From a bacterium (GTDB lineage: Bacteria; Patescibacteriota; Dojkabacteria; JAKAPS01; JAJZLI01): a DNA stretch of 64,000 nucleotides. Made by a program: the position numbers and the translations under genes. The notes under the pieces were generated by a model that was given only the letters and a program-made list of their open reading frames with translations, had not been told where the DNA came from and did no database searches. Below are positions 10,501-21,480 of the stretch, piece by piece (the stretch's first letter is position 1; the number at the start of each line of letters is the position of its first letter). Location of the stretch: positions 7,899 through 71,898 of the forward strand of contig JAJZWL010000004.1 in assembly GCA_021846685.1 (NCBI GenBank), written 5' to 3'.

Positions 10501-11208
10501 ATGCAAAATTTATATGAAGGTATAATTTTAAAATATGTAGATTATAAAGATAATGATAAAATTCTTACTATTTTTACTAAGAATGGATTACAGTCATTAA
10601 TAGCTAAAGGAGTAAAGACTGGGAAAAGAGCTAATCTTTTGGATACTGGGAATTTAATATCATATGATATTGTAAAAACTAAAGGGCTTCCTATTCTAAC
10701 TACTGTTATATTAAAAAATTCTTTTGCAGAAGATAAACCTCAATATTCATTTTATATACTTTTTCTATTGGAGGTAATTCTAAAAATACAAAGAGAAGGG
10801 GAAGATGAGAGTTTAATGTATTATATACTTTTATATTGTCTACAGAATCTATCTGGTAATTCAAATTTATATCTATCTTTATTTTTAGTTAAAGTACTTT
10901 ATTATGAAGGTGTTTTTATTGATCTGTATAGCTGTCTCGTGTGTGGAAAAGAATTTAATGAAAATAGTAATATTATTGTGTCTTCAGAAGGTGTTACCCA
11001 TTTATCATGTAGTAATTTAAAAGAGAAAAATATTAATAACGATACCATAAAACTTTTGAGGTATCTTTTAAATTTTGATATAAGGAAAAATAAATTCAAT
11101 TTTTCAATAGATGATCTAATAATAAAAGAGAGTCTTTTTTATTTAATTTCTTTTACAGAAAATTTTTTCTCATCAAGTATAAAATCAAAGGAATATATTA
11201 CTGTTTAA
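10501..11208 (+). CDS. recO: DNA repair protein RecO
   Basis: GIILK..DY...DKILTIFT..G...IAKG OB-fold start; CLVCG zinc-binding segment. Confidence 0.88.
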   Translation: MQNLYEGIILKYVDYKDNDKILTIFTKNGLQSLIAKGVKTGKRANLLDTGNLISYDIVKTKGLPILTTVILKNSFAEDKPQYSFYILFLLEVILKIQREGEDESLMYYILLYCLQNLSGNSNLYLSLFLVKVLYYEGVFIDLYSCLVCGKEFNENSNIIVSSEGVTHLSCSNLKEKNINNDTIKLLRYLLNFDIRKNKFNFSIDDLIIKESLFYLISFTENFFSSSIKSKEYITV

Positions 11209-14179
11209 CTCTTTTAAGTAAAGAGTAAATTACTGGTACTATAAACAATGTTAGAATGGTAGATGTAAATAGTCCTCCTATAACTGTTATAGCCAAAGAT
11301 TGTCCTATTAAAGTTGAAGAAGAAGCAAATATTGCCAATGGGAGTAATGCAAACATAGTAGTAATTGCTGTCATAAGAATTGGTCGTAGTCTTATTTTTC
11401 CTCCCTGTATAATAGCTTCTTTTACTTCATACCCTTCTTTTATATTTTGTTTGATTTTAGTTAAAAGAACTATTGCATTAGTGACAACTATTCCTATAAG
11501 CATTAATACCCCTATTAGTGCTGGAAGATTTAGTGTTGATTTTGTTATAAATAAAGCTACTAAAACTCCTATTATAGTCACTGGTAAAGATGCAAGGATA
11601 GCAATAGGCTCTATAATTGAGGAGAAGGTGGCAATCATAATTATTAATACTATTGCAATTGATATCCCCATAGCTTCATATAATGAATTAAATGAATTTG
11701 CTTGTTCAGAAGAAGCTCCTTGATTAATAACTGAAACTCCATATTTTGAAATAGCGTCACTTATATCTGTATGTATTGTATTATTAACTTTTTCAGTATT
11801 ATTAGCAGTAATTAGAGCATTGATGTCAGAAGCTCTTTGTCCATTTTCATATGTAATACTAGAGTTGTATGGCACTTGAGATATATTAGATATCTTTGAT
11901 AGTGGAATTTTGCTGCCTAGTGAATTTGTTATTAATATATTATTAAGATTAGGTAAATTTTTCACATAAATATAGACATTATAACTTCCTCCATTAAGAT
12001 TATAATTTGAAATTTCACTTGGAGTAAAATATTGAGATATTTGGGATAGAACATTATATGAAGACACACTATATTTCGAAAGTTTAGTGTTATTTAATAT
12101 TATCTCTTTTTGATAGGTATCTTTTGAAAGATTAGATGTAAGATTACTTATTCCTTTTAAATTTTTTAATTTATTATATAAATAGTTATTAGCATTATAC
12201 AGTTTATTTTGATTATTAGAATTTATTATAATATTTACTGAATTAAGATTACCTACTGAAGATAGAAGATTAACTTGAGCTTTCAGGCCATTTATTTTAT
12301 TTGAAAAATTTTGAATATTGTATATTTCATTATTTATATTCTTATTATTATTAAAATCAACTAATATTTGAAATTTATTTTTCACTTGAGATGAGGTGGT
12401 TTTAATACCATGGCTTTGAGCTGATCCCACAGATATTGAATAAAATTGCACATTCTTTATAGTTTTAATATAGTTAGAAATTTGAATAGCTTTGTTATAT
12501 GTTAGTGTTTTGGAAGACCCTGTAGGTGTAGATCCTGATATTAAAGCAGAAGGTTGTGTTGGGGATGGTATGAATCCAGTCTGGATATGCGGAATTAATA
12601 ACAGTGAAGAGAGTATTAGAATTAAAGTAACTAAAATAGTAGAAATTTTGTGATTTATTGTAAAACGAACAGCACGTTCATAATATTTAGCCAGGAAAAA
12701 CTCTTTTTCTTTTAATTTGACATTCTTTTTTAATAAAAATGTTTTACTAAATAAAGGTATAACTATAATTGCAGTAAAAAGTGATGCTATTAAAGCAGAG
12801 GAAGCCGTAAATGCAAATGGAATAAAGAATGAAGATGTAATTCCTCCTACAAATGCAATTGGTAAGAATACCCCAATTGTTGTAAGAGTAGAAGATGTAA
12901 TTGCTCCTCCCACTTCTTTTACTGAGTTTATTATTAACTTTTCGTCTTTTACTTTATCTTGAGATAAGTGTCTGAAAGTATTTTCTATAACCACAATACT
13001 GTCATCAACAATTCTTCCAAGTGCCACAGAAAGTCCAGATAAAGACATTATGTTAAAGGTAATATTTTGGGCATTCATCAATGTTAATGTGAAGAATATT
13101 GATATTGGAATGGATATTGAAGCTATTAGAGTTGTATTTCCACTTTTTAAGAATGCAAAAATTATAATAACTGCTAAAAGTATACCAAGTATAGTTTCTT
13201 TTAGAATGCTATTTATAGTTGAGTTAATAGTATTTGTATCATTTGAAAGTATTGTATAACTGATTCCTTTTGGTAAAACACTTTTAACATTAGATAAAAT
13301 ATTTTGAATAGTACTAATAGTATTAATATTAGTTTTTCCAAATATATCTACTACATCAGAATTCTTTCCATTTGTTTGTACTATTTCATTGTTAAAGACT
13401 TTAGATATATTAACAGTAGCTATATTTTGAAGTTTTATCGTGTGTCCCTTATAAATAGCTAACGGAATATTCTCTAATTGTTTAATATTAGATATATTAG
13501 AATGAATTGTTATTGGTATAGATAGATTATTATTTTTAATCTTTCCAATAGGGGAATTGATATTATATGATTTAATTATATTTATAATATTTGAGTATTG
13601 TATATTATACTCATTTAATTTTTGATAATTCAGGTTTATATTTATTTCTTCTGTTTTATTCCCATAGTAACTTACGCTGCTTACTCCTGAAACATTATTT
13701 ATATTATTAAGTAATTTATTTTTTATAAAACTATCTCTATTTTTCCCAGAAAAAGAAAGCTCCAATATAGGAATATTAGAAAAATTAAATTTAGACATAG
13801 TTGGTCTTGTCGCACCATTAGGAAGTTTTACAGATCCTAAATCCTGATTTATTTGTTGTTCAAGAGTATTGAGATTAACTCCATAATGAGAAGTTATTAT
13901 TAAAGTTGTATAACCATTATTTGCATTTTCTTGTATTGATTTTATTCCACTAATTGATTTTATTGAGTTATAAATTGGTTGAGTAAGAGTTGTATATACT
14001 TCATTCGCGTTTGCAGAAGGATAATTAGACTCAACTATTACTGTAGAAAGATTTACATTAGGAAAAACCTCTCTATCAGCTACTATATAAGAGTATGTTC
14101 CAAACAAAATTAGAAATATTAATACTATAAATATTAAAGATTTATTTTTAAAAGAGTAAGAAACTATTTTTTCTATCAT
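11198..14179 (-). CDS. RND-family efflux permease (AcrB/SwrC-like)
   Basis: GRIVDDSIVVIEN, GIVVTNAIVL and RLRPILMT motifs; 993 aa. Confidence 0.95.
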   Translation of the reverse strand: MIEKIVSYSFKNKSLIFIVLIFLILFGTYSYIVADREVFPNVNLSTVIVESNYPSANANEVYTTLTQPIYNSIKSISGIKSIQENANNGYTTLIITSHYGVNLNTLEQQINQDLGSVKLPNGATRPTMSKFNFSNIPILELSFSGKNRDSFIKNKLLNNINNVSGVSSVSYYGNKTEEININLNYQKLNEYNIQYSNIINIIKSYNINSPIGKIKNNNLSIPITIHSNISNIKQLENIPLAIYKGHTIKLQNIATVNISKVFNNEIVQTNGKNSDVVDIFGKTNINTISTIQNILSNVKSVLPKGISYTILSNDTNTINSTINSILKETILGILLAVIIIFAFLKSGNTTLIASISIPISIFFTLTLMNAQNITFNIMSLSGLSVALGRIVDDSIVVIENTFRHLSQDKVKDEKLIINSVKEVGGAITSSTLTTIGVFLPIAFVGGITSSFFIPFAFTASSALIASLFTAIIVIPLFSKTFLLKKNVKLKEKEFFLAKYYERAVRFTINHKISTILVTLILILSSLLLIPHIQTGFIPSPTQPSALISGSTPTGSSKTLTYNKAIQISNYIKTIKNVQFYSISVGSAQSHGIKTTSSQVKNKFQILVDFNNNKNINNEIYNIQNFSNKINGLKAQVNLLSSVGNLNSVNIIINSNNQNKLYNANNYLYNKLKNLKGISNLTSNLSKDTYQKEIILNNTKLSKYSVSSYNVLSQISQYFTPSEISNYNLNGGSYNVYIYVKNLPNLNNILITNSLGSKIPLSKISNISQVPYNSSITYENGQRASDINALITANNTEKVNNTIHTDISDAISKYGVSVINQGASSEQANSFNSLYEAMGISIAIVLIIMIATFSSIIEPIAILASLPVTIIGVLVALFITKSTLNLPALIGVLMLIGIVVTNAIVLLTKIKQNIKEGYEVKEAIIQGGKIRLRPILMTAITTMFALLPLAIFASSSTLIGQSLAITVIGGLFTSTILTLFIVPVIYSLLKRVKQ

Positions 14180-14205
14180 ATCAATTCAATTTAATATCAG
14201 AATTT

Positions 14206-14243
14206 TAATCACAATGATTAGTTAACCTAATGATTAGGGTTAA
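14206..14243. promoter_or_regulatory. Putative operator between the divergent RND pump and glyQS
   Basis: TAATCA-caa-TGATTA inverted repeat, near-palindrome TTAACCTAAT-G-ATTAGGGTTAA, and direct repeat AATGATTAG twice. Confidence 0.35.
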
Positions 14244-14321
14244 TATAGTAACATACATATATATTTTTTCCAATAGCTATTTAAATTTGTTTTTAAAAGA
14301 GTTTCTGTTAAAATGAAATAT

Positions 14322-15677
14322 ATGGATAATATTGTTTCACTTGCAAAAAGAAGAGGTTTTGTATATCCGGCTTCTGATATATATGGAGGTTTAGCTAATT
14401 CATGGGATTATGGACCTATGGGGGCTTTAATGAAGGAAAATATTAAAAATGAATGGATCAAAGAGTTTGTTTCTTCTAGAGATGATATGATCTTAATTGA
14501 TAGTGCTATTATTCAGAATTCCAGTGTATGGGATGCTTCCGGACATTTAGAAAAATTTACAGATCCTATGTTAGAGTGTTCTAAATGTCATAAAAGATTT
14601 AGAGCGGATAACCTTATTGAAGATGTTCTGGGTATAGATGTAGATGGTAGGACTTCTTTAGAAATCGATACAATAATTCAAAATAATAATATTAAATGTC
14701 CTGTATGTGGGGGGAAATTGTCTGAAGTTAAAAATTTTAATTTAATGTTTAATACAAAATTAGGTCCAGTAGATGTATCTTCAGACACAGTATATCTTAG
14801 ACCTGAAACTTGTCAGGGAATTTTTACTAATTTTGACAATATACTCAAAAGTACAAGATTACACTTGCCTTTTGGTGTTGCTCAAATAGGAAAATCTTTC
14901 AGAAATGAAATAACTCCAGGAAATTTTATATTTAGAACGTTGGAGTTTGAACAAATGGAAATTGAATATTTTACAAAAGAAGAAAATGCTGATGAAAATT
15001 TTAATTATTGGTTAGATTTATTTAAGAAATGGTATATAAAAATAGGAATAAAGAAAGAAAATTTGAAAGAAGTTGAATTAACTAAGGAGCAAAGAGCTCA
15101 TTATTCAAAAAGAACAGTTGATTTATATTTTAATTTTCCTTTTGGATTCAAAGAATTACAGTCTTTTGCCAATAGAGCAGATTATGATTTAAAATCTCAT
15201 TCTGAAAAATCAAAGAAAAAACTTCATTATTTCGATACAGATACTAATAAAAATATAGTACCATTTGTGATTGAACCTTCTGTAGGATTAGGAAGATTAT
15301 TCTTAGCACTTCTTTCAAATGGATATAGGGAAGAAAAAGTCCTAAATGATACAAGAGTTGTACTTTCTCTCTCTTCCAGAATTGCTCCATATCAATTAGC
15401 AATTTTTCCCCTAGTATCTAAGGATAAAGATATGAAAGATATATCATATAATTTATATACAGATTTAAGAAAGGACTATAGATGTTCCTATGATGATATT
15501 GGCGCTATTGGAAAAAGATATAGAAGACAAGATGAAATTGGAACACCTCTTTGTATTACCGTTGATAATGATTCCCTGAAAGACAATGCTGTTACAGTAA
15601 GAGATAGGGATACTATGGAACAAAAGAGAGTGTCAATAGATAATATTAGAGATTATGTCGATAAATGTTTTTTGTAA
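14322..15677 (+). CDS. glyQS: Glycine--tRNA ligase (alpha2 type); likely start is ATG 14322 rather than 14313
   Basis: LAKRRGFV, IYGG...WDYGP, LRPET.QGIF, GKSFRNEITP and IGKRYRRQDEIGTP motifs; TGnTAAAAT lies 7 nt before ATG 14322. Confidence 0.96.
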   Translation: MDNIVSLAKRRGFVYPASDIYGGLANSWDYGPMGALMKENIKNEWIKEFVSSRDDMILIDSAIIQNSSVWDASGHLEKFTDPMLECSKCHKRFRADNLIEDVLGIDVDGRTSLEIDTIIQNNNIKCPVCGGKLSEVKNFNLMFNTKLGPVDVSSDTVYLRPETCQGIFTNFDNILKSTRLHLPFGVAQIGKSFRNEITPGNFIFRTLEFEQMEIEYFTKEENADENFNYWLDLFKKWYIKIGIKKENLKEVELTKEQRAHYSKRTVDLYFNFPFGFKELQSFANRADYDLKSHSEKSKKKLHYFDTDTNKNIVPFVIEPSVGLGRLFLALLSNGYREEKVLNDTRVVLSLSSRIAPYQLAIFPLVSKDKDMKDISYNLYTDLRKDYRCSYDDIGAIGKRYRRQDEIGTPLCITVDNDSLKDNAVTVRDRDTMEQKRVSIDNIRDYVDKCFL

Positions 15678-16330
15678 TTCCTACTCCAATTGGTAATTTA
15701 GAAGATATTACTCCTAGAGCAATCAATACAATAAAATCCTTAGATATACTTTTTTGTGAAAATACTCAAAATACTAATAATTTACTTTTAAAATTTAATA
15801 TAAAAGGGGTAACTTTAAAAAAGTATGTGGATTATAATGAACAGAAAATTATTCCGGAAATATTATCATTATTGTCCGAAAATAAAAAAATAGGACTTGT
15901 ATCAGATGCAGGATATCCTACAATTTCAGATCCCGGATATAAACTTTTAAGAGCTATAAAGAATAACGGAATAAACTATACTGTACTTCCTGGAGCTACT
16001 AGTATATTACCTACACTTATTTATTCTGCGCTACCTTCAAATAATTTTGTTTTTATAGGATTTTTATCTAAAAAACAGGGGAAAGTAAAACAAGAGTTAT
16101 TGAAATTTTCAGGAATGACTACTATATTCTTTGAATCTCCTCATAGAATTATTAAAACTTTAAAACTTTTAAATGATGAATTTCCAGATTCTCAAATTAC
16201 TATCTGTCGAGAAATTAGTAAATTACATGAAGAAGTAATTTCAGGGAATATATCTGATGTATACACTCAATTTGCTAAAAGGGAAAGTATAAAAGGAGAG
16301 ATGTCTATTGCAATTTTAATAAATAATTGA
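15665..16330 (+). CDS. rsmI: 16S rRNA C1402 2'-O-methyltransferase
   Basis: TPIGNLEDIT.RA, VSDAGYP.ISDPG, FESPHR and REISKLHEE motifs. Confidence 0.95.
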   Translation: MFFVIPTPIGNLEDITPRAINTIKSLDILFCENTQNTNNLLLKFNIKGVTLKKYVDYNEQKIIPEILSLLSENKKIGLVSDAGYPTISDPGYKLLRAIKNNGINYTVLPGATSILPTLIYSALPSNNFVFIGFLSKKQGKVKQELLKFSGMTTIFFESPHRIIKTLKLLNDEFPDSQITICREISKLHEEVISGNISDVYTQFAKRESIKGEMSIAILINN

Positions 16331-16346
16331 TAGGATACCTAATTGT

Positions 16347-17102
16347 ATGTCAGTTATAGAAGTTAAAGATATAAAGAAGAAATATGGTGAAGTTGTTGCT
16401 GTTTCTGGTGTGAGTTTTTCTGTAGAGAAAGGAGAAGTATTTGGACTTTTAGGTCCCAATGGAGCAGGAAAAACTACAACGGTAGAGATGCTTGAAGGAA
16501 TTACGAAAATTGATGAAGGTGAAGCATTTATAGAGGGAATCAAAGTAAGTCAAAACAACCATACATTACAAAATATTATAGGTGTGTCACTGCAGAGTAA
16601 TAATTTTTTTGATGATTTAAGTCTTGCAGAAATATTATCTCTTTTTGCAAGTTTTTTTAATATTAAAATTAATCCAAAAGAATATTTAGAGGAAGTTACA
16701 CTAGTTGAAAAATCAAAAACAAAATTCAAAGAGATATCAGGGGGGCAGAAACAAAGATTTACTATAGCTTTAGCTTTAGTTAATAATCCAAAGGTTTTAT
16801 TTCTAGATGAACCAACAACTGGTTTAGATCCTCAATCAAGGAGACATTTATGGGATATAGTAGAAGGGTTAAAGGAGAAAGGTAAGACGATAATCCTTAC
16901 AACTCATTTCATGGATGAAGCAGAACGTCTTGCAGACAGAGTTGCTGTTATGGATTCGGGAAAGATATTAAAAATGGGTACACCTACAGAGTTAATACAA
17001 GATCTTATTAAGACAGGTTTTAAGAAAAAAATTGTTGCAGATGAAAGAGCAAATCTTGAAGATGTATTTATAGATTTAACTGGGAAAAATTTAAGAGATT
17101 AA
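16347..17102 (+). CDS. ABC transporter ATP-binding protein (ABC-2/DrrA type)
   Basis: GPNGAGKTT, ISGGQKQR and LDEPTTGLDP motifs. Confidence 0.95.
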   Translation: MSVIEVKDIKKKYGEVVAVSGVSFSVEKGEVFGLLGPNGAGKTTTVEMLEGITKIDEGEAFIEGIKVSQNNHTLQNIIGVSLQSNNFFDDLSLAEILSLFASFFNIKINPKEYLEEVTLVEKSKTKFKEISGGQKQRFTIALALVNNPKVLFLDEPTTGLDPQSRRHLWDIVEGLKEKGKTIILTTHFMDEAERLADRVAVMDSGKILKMGTPTELIQDLIKTGFKKKIVADERANLEDVFIDLTGKNLRD

Positions 17103-17106
17103 GATT

Positions 17107-18273
17107 ATGATTAAAAGAATATATAGCTTTACAATTGCAAGTTTGAAAATGACATTTAGAAATAGATTCGCATTAATGATGTCATTCTTTTTCCCTATTG
17201 CACTTATACTTGCTTTTGGTTTTTTTAATAATTCTTCTGCACCAAAACTTAATATAGATATTTTAGGTAGTAAAAATACATCAACTATACAAAATAATAT
17301 TGTAACTGAATTAAAAAAGTCTGGCAATGTAAATATAAAGAAAATATCTACATTGTCGTATGGTAAAAATAAAATTAAAAATAATAGTATAGATCTATTA
17401 ATGTATATAACTCCATCAGCTTCTTCTTTTAGTCGTATATTTACTAAGTGTAATGTTGGAAAAGCATGTCCTCAGTTGGTTGGGATAAAATCAATTCCTA
17501 ATTATAAGATATCTTTTTATGTAAATAAATTTTCTACTAATCTTACTTATGCAGAATTATTTATATCTGGATTTAAGTATAATGCACTAAAATCAGTTGT
17601 GTCTGTAAATCATATCTCTTTACCATTCACATACTCTCAGACTTTTCTTACAAGTGGAAAGGAAGAAAATAGTTATATAGATTTTCTAATACCTGGTGTC
17701 CTAGCTCTAGCTTTAATGCAAGGAATTATCTTTGCTGTTATAAACATAATAGTTAACTACAAAGAATTGGGAGTATTGAGAAGATTGGCAGTCACACCTT
17801 TAACCAAATCTGATTTTATAGCCTCATTGACAATCACCAGATTAATTTTTGGTTTAATTCAAATAGCAATTTTAATTGTAATAGCTGCAGTATTTTTAAA
17901 TGTTATTCCAGTAGGAGGAGTTTTCGGGTTTGCTAATCTTACTGTGGTAATTATTCTTGGAGCTTTAATGTTTGTAACTCTGGCTCTTATAATTTCAACA
18001 ATTTCAAATAAAACAGCAACCGTCTTTCCAATCGCGAATCTTATAACTTTGCCTATGTTATTTTTATCAGGAATATTTTTCCCTGTAAAAAATCTTCCTT
18101 CTTGGTTAAGATCTATTGTTAATTTATTACCTTTAACTTATCTTGCTAATGCTCTTAGGGGTATTTATGATCATGGATACTCTCTTTTAACAATTCATAA
18201 TGACCTGATTGGAATGGCTGTCTGGATTATTATATTCTTTCTTCTAAATATTTTGTTTTTTAAATGGGAATAA
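17107..18273 (+). CDS. ABC-2 type permease
   Basis: Follows the ATPase; FLIPG, GVLRRLAVTP, FLSGIFFP and LPLTY motifs. Confidence 0.92.
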   Translation: MIKRIYSFTIASLKMTFRNRFALMMSFFFPIALILAFGFFNNSSAPKLNIDILGSKNTSTIQNNIVTELKKSGNVNIKKISTLSYGKNKIKNNSIDLLMYITPSASSFSRIFTKCNVGKACPQLVGIKSIPNYKISFYVNKFSTNLTYAELFISGFKYNALKSVVSVNHISLPFTYSQTFLTSGKEENSYIDFLIPGVLALALMQGIIFAVINIIVNYKELGVLRRLAVTPLTKSDFIASLTITRLIFGLIQIAILIVIAAVFLNVIPVGGVFGFANLTVVIILGALMFVTLALIISTISNKTATVFPIANLITLPMLFLSGIFFPVKNLPSWLRSIVNLLPLTYLANALRGIYDHGYSLLTIHNDLIGMAVWIIIFFLLNILFFKWE

Positions 18274-18963
18274 CACAAGTATTATAAATAATATTACAAA
18301 TCCTATTGCTATAAATAAATCATTTAATTCTCCTGCAATTAATATGAAAGGAGTTATCAATATAAGTGTGAAATTATCAGATCCATCATAAGATATTGCC
18401 TCTGTTATAGATAATATTAAAGATAATAACATTGTAGTTACAAATTCTATTGAAGATGATAGAAATATAAAACTAGAAACTATAAAAAATGTAAATGTAC
18501 CCATATATGATTTATTGTCATTTAATATATTATATTCCTGAATTGGAACATTCATGCCTACTAAAGCTGCAAATGAATCTGAAATTCCGGTAATAAGTAA
18601 AGCTTCTCTTATTAAAAATAATTTATCATAAAAAATCAGAGCTATAATGATTAAAGCTATAGCATAAAATATACCTCCCAAATTTGATTTCTTTGTTCTA
18701 CTATTATTAAGTGAGTGAAAAAGATGAAGATATTTAGATGCAATTACAGAAATTAGAGATTCTGCAACTAGTATAATGAAAAAAGTTTGGCTTAAAAGAA
18801 AGGTTGCAACGATAAATAATATAGATGTTTCAATGTGAACAAGTTTTCTTAAATATTCCTTACTTTTATTTTTGTCTAATTTTTTGAAAATATATTCGGA
18901 GGTTATTAGAACAACTATAAAAAGTAGATTTAATATTATAATATAAGCTATATTTTTATTTAT
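18244..18963 (-). CDS. Dolichol/phytol kinase-like (CTP-transferase family) membrane protein; start appears non-canonical
   Basis: Frame stays open upstream of the TTG at 18681 and includes the family motif YLRKLVHI; also GISDSFAALVG, KSY.GT and DNF; no ATG/GTG/TTG between 18681 and the upstream in-frame TAA (18987-18985). Confidence 0.7.
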   Translation of the reverse strand: MNKNIAYIIILNLLFIVVLITSEYIFKKLDKNKSKEYLRKLVHIETSILFIVATFLLSQTFFIILVAESLISVIASKYLHLFHSLNNSRTKKSNLGGIFYAIALIIIALIFYDKLFLIREALLITGISDSFAALVGMNVPIQEYNILNDNKSYMGTFTFFIVSSFIFLSSSIEFVTTMLLSLILSITEAISYDGSDNFTLILITPFILIAGELNDLFIAIGFVILFIILVLFPFKKQNI

Positions 18964-19060
18964 GATATTATTATATATAAAATATTATAGCTTATAATAC
19001 ACTAACTTCAGAGAAAAAAAAAGTTTGTAATTGCTAATATATTATTATACAATGCTCAAT

Positions 19061-19504
19061 ATGTCTTTAGAATTTTCTAAACAAAAATTTTTTGTAGTGT
19101 ATCTAGTTATTTCCTTGGCTTTATTTGGATTACAATTTATTTCTAATAATAAATTATTTTTAAGTATTATTGTTTTTTTAGATTTCTTTTTCTTTATAGG
19201 ATTTTTTATATATTCTGGGTTGAAAATGAAAGAACAATCCTTTAATTTTAAAAATATTGCAGCTTTTTCTGCATTTACATCTGGTGTAACAATGGTAGTC
19301 TCAGAGATCATATCTTTCTTTGTATTCAAGTTATATACAGAACATCAAGTACATAATGTTAAATTATTACCTCATAATGAATATTTAATAATATTATTAA
19401 TTTCAATTATTTTTGGAATAATTTTTAATATTCTAGTTGCTATTTTATTAGCATATTTAGGAACAAAGTTATATAAAGCTGATATTAATAAGACTGATAT
19501 ATGA
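19061..19504 (+). CDS. Hypothetical 4-TM membrane protein
   Basis: Hydrophobic ORF overlapping the next gene's start; ATG 19061 lies 7 nt after TACAAT. Confidence 0.7.
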   Translation: MSLEFSKQKFFVVYLVISLALFGLQFISNNKLFLSIIVFLDFFFFIGFFIYSGLKMKEQSFNFKNIAAFSAFTSGVTMVVSEIISFFVFKLYTEHQVHNVKLLPHNEYLIILLISIIFGIIFNILVAILLAYLGTKLYKADINKTDI

Positions 19505-21480
19505 TTAAAATAGAAAATCTTTCAAGAGATTATAAATTGGGAGATGGTACTGATTTTTTTGCACTTAAAGATATTAGTATAGAAATCCCAAAAGGTATAT
19601 TTATAGGAGTACTAGGTCCGTCAGGGTCTGGAAAAAGTACTTTTATGCATCTTATTGGAGGTATGGATAGGCCTTCAAGTGGAAAAATATTAATAGATTC
19701 AGTGGATATCTCTACTCTTAGTGCTAATGAATTATCCTATTTCAGAAGAAATAATATAGGTTTTGTTTTTCAATCATTCTATTTAATAGAATCTCTTAGT
19801 GTTATAGAGAATGTTATGACTCCAGCTATTTTTTCTGGAATGTCTACTAGGGATGCAAGGCAAAAGGCAAAGGAAATTCTTTCTGAGTTGAATATAACAG
19901 ATAAATTAGACTTAAAAGTATCTAATTTATCTGGCGGTCAAAAACAAAGAGTTGCAATAGCCAGAGCCTTAATGAATGATCCAGATATAATTCTTGCTGA
20001 TGAACCTACTGGAAACCTAGATTCTAAAAATGGAGAAGAGGTTATGTCTATCCTCAAAAATCTTGTTAAAAAAGGAAAAACTGTTATTATGGTTACTCAT
20101 AATAAAGATTTAATTTCTGAATCTCCATTTATAATATCTTTTATGGATGGAAAAATTGTAGATATTAATAAAAATAAAATTGATATACCACAGAATCCTA
20201 ATAATTCTAAGCATAAAAATAGAAGTATTAATTTTGTAGAACTTTTTAAACTTGCAAAAAATAATATTTTTCAGAATAAATTGAGAAATTTACTCACAGC
20301 AATAGGTATTTCCATTGGAGTCGCTATGTTGATTATTCTTCTGTCTTTTGGATTTGGACTTAAGGCAAATTTAGAAAAAGGGCTTTCCTCTATAATATCT
20401 ACTAATACTATTACTGTATCTCCTAGTAAAAATTCAGGATTCTCATTTTCCCCCGTTACTGCTGTATCAAAAGGAAAATTAAAAATTTTGGATTTATCAA
20501 CTATTAAAACTTTGTCTAAGATAAAAAATGTTAAAGAAGATTGGGGGCAAAATGCTTTTTTCGGAAATATGTCTTTTAAACATACTAAAGGGGCAATATA
20601 TATAGAATCATTATCCCCTCATCAATATATAAATAGTTCTATATATAGTTCAATAGCAGTAGGTAAAATTCCTCAAGGTGATAAAGGAGGAATATTATTA
20701 CAAAGAACAGTAGCTAAGGAGTTTAGTAAAAATATCAATAGTTTGGTGGGTAAAAATATAAAAATATCAATTGGATCAGGTGCTTCTGTTCTAAGTCCTA
20801 CTAGTTTGTATACAAAAGCTCAAACATTCTCAATTAAAATTGTAGGAATAACTTCTGGACACTTATCATATATATCATATAATCAATCTATTTTATGGAG
20901 TAAACTTTTAGAAAATACAAAAAATCCTAAATTTTCAAATATAGAGGTTTTATCAAATAGCACTTCTAATGTTAAAACTATTGCATCTATAATCTCTAGT
21001 AAAGGTTATGGAACTCAAACACTGGAGAGTGTTATTTCAGAACTGAATACTCCATTTTTAATAGTAGATAGTATTCTTGGTATTATTGGTGGGATATCAT
21101 TAGTTGTATCTGCAATCATGATATTAGTTATAATGTTGATGGAAATTTTAGAAAGAACAAGGGAGGTAGGTATACTTAAAGCAATTGGGGCAAAAAGGTC
21201 AGATATTCGTAATTTATTTATATTAGAAACTATTATTATAGGATCTATTGGGGGAATTTTTGGTCTCGTTATTGGTATTATAGTTATAGATATTCTTAAT
21301 TATTTTATTAATATATTTATTAAATCATCAGGGGGGGCTGCTACTACTCTTTTTTCTTCACCTTTATACTTTTACTTGCTTGTTTTCTTATTTGGAATTT
21401 TTATTGCTGTTATAGCTGGACTATATCCTTCTTCAAAGGCTTCGAAAATGAATCCTATTGATGCATTACGATATGAGTAA
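19501..21480 (+). CDS. MacB/FtsX-type fused ABC ATPase-permease
   Basis: GPSGSGKST, LSGGQKQRVAIARAL and ADEPTGNLD; C-terminal ERTREVGILKAIGA...PIDALRYE. Confidence 0.95.
   Translation: MIKIENLSRDYKLGDGTDFFALKDISIEIPKGIFIGVLGPSGSGKSTFMHLIGGMDRPSSGKILIDSVDISTLSANELSYFRRNNIGFVFQSFYLIESLSVIENVMTPAIFSGMSTRDARQKAKEILSELNITDKLDLKVSNLSGGQKQRVAIARALMNDPDIILADEPTGNLDSKNGEEVMSILKNLVKKGKTVIMVTHNKDLISESPFIISFMDGKIVDINKNKIDIPQNPNNSKHKNRSINFVELFKLAKNNIFQNKLRNLLTAIGISIGVAMLIILLSFGFGLKANLEKGLSSIISTNTITVSPSKNSGFSFSPVTAVSKGKLKILDLSTIKTLSKIKNVKEDWGQNAFFGNMSFKHTKGAIYIESLSPHQYINSSIYSSIAVGKIPQGDKGGILLQRTVAKEFSKNINSLVGKNIKISIGSGASVLSPTSLYTKAQTFSIKIVGITSGHLSYISYNQSILWSKLLENTKNPKFSNIEVLSNSTSNVKTIASIISSKGYGTQTLESVISELNTPFLIVDSILGIIGGISLVVSAIMILVIMLMEILERTREVGILKAIGAKRSDIRNLFILETIIIGSIGGIFGLVIGIIVIDILNYFINIFIKSSGGAATTLFSSPLYFYLLVFLFGIFIAVIAGLYPSSKASKMNPIDALRYE

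Noticed and set aside
57-13259. Numerous 60-155 aa ORFs antisense to long genes (here and throughout the window)
   Set aside because: They are shadow ORFs opposite well-supported genes and carry no motifs.
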